From Myxococcota bacterium (GTDB lineage: Bacteria > Myxococcota_A > UBA9160 > UBA4427), in contig JAYZFK010000004.1 of the NCBI GenBank assembly GCA_036336835.1, positions 1-20,958 on the forward strand: a stretch of 20,958 nt of DNA. The letters are read 5' to 3'. Below are positions 17,715 through 20,958 of the stretch, one piece after another. Position 1 is the first letter of the stretch. Every line of letters starts with the position of its first letter. Both the position numbers and the translations under genes were made by a program. Under the pieces are notes generated by a model that saw nothing but the letters and a program-made list of their open reading frames with translations, was not told the DNA's origin and searched no databases.

Positions 17715-18203
17715 ATGTCGAACGCCCAGCTCGTGATGCACGAAGAGGACCATCAGCGGATCCTGGCGGTCGTCACCCGCCTGATTCGCGATGCCAACGC
17801 CAAAGGTGTCTTCGTCGTCGACAAGAACGGCCACTTGATGGCCGAGGCAGGCGAGTTGACCGACGTCGACTCGACGAGCCTGGCCTCCCTGACCGCCGGC
17901 TGCATCGCTGCCACCGGCGGCCTCGCCAAGATCGTGGGAGAGGACGAGTTCCCGGTCCACTACCACCAGGGGCAGCGCGACAACCTCCACATCACCCTGG
18001 TCGGCAGCCGCATCATCCTGGTCGTGATCTTCGACGACCGCAGCTCGCTCGGGCTGGTACGGCTGCGCGTGAAGAAGGCGGGCGTCGAGCTCGCCAAGGT
18101 CCTCGAAGAGATCGAGAAGCGGACCGAACAAGAAACCAGCGCCGCGAGGTCGCCGTTTGCGGCGATCACCGACGACGACATCGACAGCCTGTTCTCGGAC
18201 TAG
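17715..18203 (+). CDS. mglB: Roadblock/LC7 protein MglB (GAP of MglA), 162 aa
   Basis: 'DANAKGVFVVDKNG', 'SLASLTAG..AATGGLAK', 'SSLGLVRLRVKKA' and acidic C-terminal helix 'ITDDDIDSLF'. Directly upstream of mglA. Confidence 0.95.
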   Translation: MSNAQLVMHEEDHQRILAVVTRLIRDANAKGVFVVDKNGHLMAEAGELTDVDSTSLASLTAGCIAATGGLAKIVGEDEFPVHYHQGQRDNLHITLVGSRIILVVIFDDRSSLGLVRLRVKKAGVELAKVLEEIEKRTEQETSAARSPFAAITDDDIDSLFSD

Positions 18204-18215
18204 GCGGCGTTTCCC

Positions 18216-18806
18216 GTGTCGTTCATCAACTATTCGTCGCGTGAGATCAACTGCAAGATCGTCTACTACGGTCCCGGTCTGTGCGGGAAGACGACTAACC
18301 TGCAGTACATCTATGGCAAGACCAATCCCGATGTGAAGGGCAAGATGATCTCGCTCGCAACCGAGACCGAGCGGACGCTGTTCTTCGATTTCCTGCCGCT
18401 CGCCCTCGGCGAGATCCGCGGATTCCAGACACGCTTCCACCTCTATACTGTGCCCGGTCAGGTGTTCTACGACGCCAGCCGCAAGCTGATCCTGAAGGGC
18501 GTCGACGGCGTGGTCTTCGTAGCCGACAGTCAGATCGAGCGCATGGAGGCGAACGTCGAGAGCCTCGAAAATCTCTCCGTGAACCTCGCGGAACAGGGAT
18601 ACGACCTCAGGAACGTCCCCTACATCATCCAGTACAACAAGCGCGACCTGCCCAATGCCGCCCCGCTCCAGGAGATGCAGCGGCTGCTGAACCGCGCTGG
18701 CGCCGTCGAGTTCGAGGCCTGCGCCACCGTCGGCCACGGTGTGTTCGAGACGCTCAAGGCGGTCGCCAAGGGCGTGCTCTCGAATCTGAAGAAGCTGGGC
18801 GGCTAG
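18216..18806 (+). CDS. mglA: Small Ras-like GTPase MglA, 196 aa
   Basis: '[28 protein letters not shown]', 'TERTLFFDF', TVPGQ and NKRD. Confidence 0.97.
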   Translation: MSFINYSSREINCKIVYYGPGLCGKTTNLQYIYGKTNPDVKGKMISLATETERTLFFDFLPLALGEIRGFQTRFHLYTVPGQVFYDASRKLILKGVDGVVFVADSQIERMEANVESLENLSVNLAEQGYDLRNVPYIIQYNKRDLPNAAPLQEMQRLLNRAGAVEFEACATVGHGVFETLKAVAKGVLSNLKKLGG

Positions 18807-18859
18807 GCGGCCGACCGCCGAGAACGCATCCCGCACGCGACGGCGGTAGACTCCACCGT

Positions 18860-19660
18860 GTGCCCACCATCCAGTACCAGGGTCGCCAGATCGAGTACGA
18901 GCTGCACGGCTCGGGCGAGCGCACTCCTCTCGTGCTCGCGACCGGCACGGGCGGGTCGTTCAACGGCTGGCTCCCGCTGCAGGTACCGGTGCTCGGGGCC
19001 GAGCGCCAGCTCGTCCTCTTCAACCACCGCGGCGTCGGCAAGAGCGACGACGACGGCAAGCTGTTCACGATCGCGAACCTGGCCGACGACCTGGTTGGCC
19101 TGCTCGACGCTCTGTCGATTCCCACCGTCGACCTGCTCGGCGCGTTCATGGGCGGGATGGCCGCTCAGGAGCTCGCGTTGCGCCACCCGGCTCGCCTGCG
19201 CCGACTGGTGCTGACCGGCAGCTACGCCCGCGCGGACGCCAAGCGCCGGATGCTGCTCGACCACTGGGCCTCGGTTGCGGCACGCGATGGCTCGATGGAC
19301 TCGATGGCGCGCGAGCGCATGCTGTGGTCGCTGCAAGACGAGACGCTCGCGCAGACCGATCTGATCGAGGGCATGATCGACTTTCTGACCAAGACCGGGG
19401 TGCCCTTCACAGCCGATCTGTTCGCGCGCCAGTGTCACGCCTGCATGGAGCACGACACCTACGACCGGCTCCGTCAGATCCAGCACCCGACGCTGATCAT
19501 CAGTGGTCGGCTCGACCAGCTCACGCCGCCGAAATTCCACCGGGAGCTGGCCGACGAGATCCCGAACGCGCGGCTGGTGACGCTTCGCTATGCGGCTCAT
19601 CTGGTGATGATCGAGGCGGCCGAGCGCTTCAACCATATGGTGCTCGACTTCCTCGACTAG
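18860..19660 (+). CDS. Alpha/beta fold hydrolase (PcaD/RutD-like) with atypical nucleophile elbow GAFMGG, 266 aa
   Basis: 'FNHRGVGKS', 'LGAFMGGMAAQELALRHP', 'PTLIISGRLDQLTP' and 'AAHLV'. Confidence 0.88.
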   Translation: MPTIQYQGRQIEYELHGSGERTPLVLATGTGGSFNGWLPLQVPVLGAERQLVLFNHRGVGKSDDDGKLFTIANLADDLVGLLDALSIPTVDLLGAFMGGMAAQELALRHPARLRRLVLTGSYARADAKRRMLLDHWASVAARDGSMDSMARERMLWSLQDETLAQTDLIEGMIDFLTKTGVPFTADLFARQCHACMEHDTYDRLRQIQHPTLIISGRLDQLTPPKFHRELADEIPNARLVTLRYAAHLVMIEAAERFNHMVLDFLD

Positions 19661-20394
19661 CGCAGCGCTTCTGGCCCCCCGGACGAGAGCGTTCGCAGAC
19701 GCAACGCGGGCAGCGTGTCGCGCAACACAGGCGAGGCAGCGATCGCGGCTCGCAGCGGACGCGCCGCCAGGACCGCCGGCCCGCCGACCAGGATGCGGTT
19801 GTCGAAGCCCTCGATCTCGAGCTGGACGACCCCCGGGTGCGCCGCTCTGAGCGATCGCGCGACGAACCGCGCCTCGTCGAGCGTATTCGTGACCAGCAGC
19901 CCGCCGGGCGCGAGCCGGCGGCGCGCCAGATCGTGTCCCGGGTGCGGCAGCCAGGCGGGCTTGTGGACGGCATCCCCACGGCCCACGAACACGTCGTCGA
20001 AGATCGCGTCGAAGCGCCGGCGCTCGCGTCCCAGCACCGCCAGCGCGTCGTCGCGCACCAACTCGGCGCGCAGCGCGCCGAGTTCGAAATCGCGGCGCGC
20101 GACCGCAACCACCTCGGGATCGACCTCGACTCCGACGATGTGGGCGCGCGGCGCGACGGCGCGCAGGATCCGCGCCACGCTGCCGCCCCCGAGCCCGAGG
20201 ATCAGGAAGCGGCGGCGGCGGCCGGGCGGCAGGGCGAGCACCGGCGCCGCGATCGCATCCCAGACCGATCCGGTGGTCGCCAGACCCGGCCGCAGCAGCG
20301 AGGCAAAGGTGCCGTCCACGATCAGCTCGCGGCCGTGGCGACTCTCGTGGACTGCGATGCGCGCGCGCCCGCGCTGCCTTCGTCCGCCGCTCAC
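19657..20394 (-). CDS. Spermidine synthase-like class I SAM-dependent methyltransferase (~245 aa)
   Basis: 'LILGLGGGSV', 'VGVEVDPEVV..ARRDF', 'FDAIFDDVF' and 'LAPGGLLVTN'. GTG 20394 has SD GGGGAG. The stop overlaps the convergent hydrolase stop (CTAG). Confidence 0.85.
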   Translation of the reverse strand: MSGGRRQRGRARIAVHESRHGRELIVDGTFASLLRPGLATTGSVWDAIAAPVLALPPGRRRRFLILGLGGGSVARILRAVAPRAHIVGVEVDPEVVAVARRDFELGALRAELVRDDALAVLGRERRRFDAIFDDVFVGRGDAVHKPAWLPHPGHDLARRRLAPGGLLVTNTLDEARFVARSLRAAHPGVVQLEIEGFDNRILVGGPAVLAARPLRAAIAASPVLRDTLPALRLRTLSSGGPEALR

Positions 20395-20453
20395 GACTCT
20401 CCCCACTGGTCGCCCCCGGGCCGGGAGAGGTAGCACCGCTAGACTCGACTCCC

Positions 20454-20958
20454 ATGGCCGACCCGCTGTTCGCGAGCGCGCGCGGCAGGGTGCTCCGGGT
20501 CGCCCTGCCCGTCCCGATCGATTCGCTGTTCGACTACCTGCCGCCCGCAAGCGACGACTCGGCCGCTGCGGGCGATGCCCCCTGGCCGGGACGCCGGGTG
20601 CTGGTGCCCTTCTCGGGGCGCCGACTGACGGGCGTGGTGATCGAGACCACCGAGGGCAGCACTCGAGCCGGCCGGCTCCAGCGCGCCGAGCGAACGCTGG
20701 ACGACGCGCCCGTCGTGGGACCTGCCCTGCTGGACGCCCTGCGAGAGGCCGCGAAGCAGGCGCTGTGCCCGATCGGTCTGGCACTCTCTCCCGCGCTGCC
20801 ACCCGGCTCGGCACCGCGTCTGGTGCGCCAGCTGCGGCTGACCCAGCGTGGACGCAACGCACTCGCGGGCGGCGCCGCGCGGGGGGGCGGCCGGGCGGTC
20901 CGGCCGGCCCGCGCCCCGCGGGCGGGGGGCCCGGGGGGGCGCGGGCGGCGCCGGGCGC
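20454..20958 (+). CDS. priA: Primosomal protein N' (5' part only, runs off the window)
   Basis: Translates as MADPLFASARGRVLRVALPVPIDSLFDYLPP...GRRVLVPFSGRRLTGVVIE...CPIGLAL..ALP, the PriA N-terminal 3'-DNA-binding domain pattern. It is absent from the ORF track because there is no stop. Confidence 0.85.
   Translation, partial: MADPLFASARGRVLRVALPVPIDSLFDYLPPASDDSAAAGDAPWPGRRVLVPFSGRRLTGVVIETTEGSTRAGRLQRAERTLDDAPVVGPALLDALREAAKQALCPIGLALSPALPPGSAPRLVRQLRLTQRGRNALAGGAARGGGRAVRPARAPRAGGPGGRGRRRA

Noticed and set aside
53..20862. Numerous long overlapping or antisense ORFs (e.g. 53-1306, 132-1157, 1288-2697, 4957-6174, 6301-7416, 10202-11368, 17697-18836, 18803-20455)
   Set aside because: These are Arg/Ala/Pro-rich shadow frames of real genes, expected in very GC-rich DNA, and show no family motifs.
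20870..20958. Almost pure G/C tract at the window end (G-quadruplex-like)
   Set aside because: It lies at the very end of the sequence inside priA with an abrupt compositional change, so it is most likely low-quality contig-end sequence.
1..20958. CRISPR arrays, tRNA/rRNA, transposases/integrases, T6SS genes
   Set aside because: I found no regularly spaced repeats, cloverleaf structures or corresponding protein motifs.

Overview
Very GC-rich bacterial DNA, most likely from a Myxococcota-type deltaproteobacterium; this is inferred from the ffs-dnaX...recR-mglB-mglA arrangement and the Myxococcus-type MglA/MglB. The left ~12.8 kb is accessory. It encodes an amidohydrolase, a secreted alkylsulfatase-like metallo-beta-lactamase-fold hydrolase, an HSL-family esterase, a ~1200-aa RHS/YD-repeat protein overlapping a CPBP (CAAX/Abi) intramembrane protease gene, a small membrane protein, a SnoaL/NTF2 protein, a GT-C-like polytopic membrane protein and a sterol-desaturase-family enzyme. 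The right part is core: SRP RNA, dnaX, then a DoxX gene and an antisense amidohydrolase where ybaB usually lies, then recR, mglB, mglA, an alpha/beta hydrolase lacking its nucleophile Ser, a spermidine-synthase-like methyltransferase and the 5' part of priA. The most notable element is the RHS protein. It has a lipoprotein-like signal at its N-terminus and, after the RHS autoprotease motif, a Gly-rich hydrophobic payload ending in a Cys-TM-RRRR sorting-tag-like tail, and its gene is coupled to the CPBP protease gene. This is a candidate dedicated surface-sorting or immunity system. All family assignments come from motif recognition; no database search was run.
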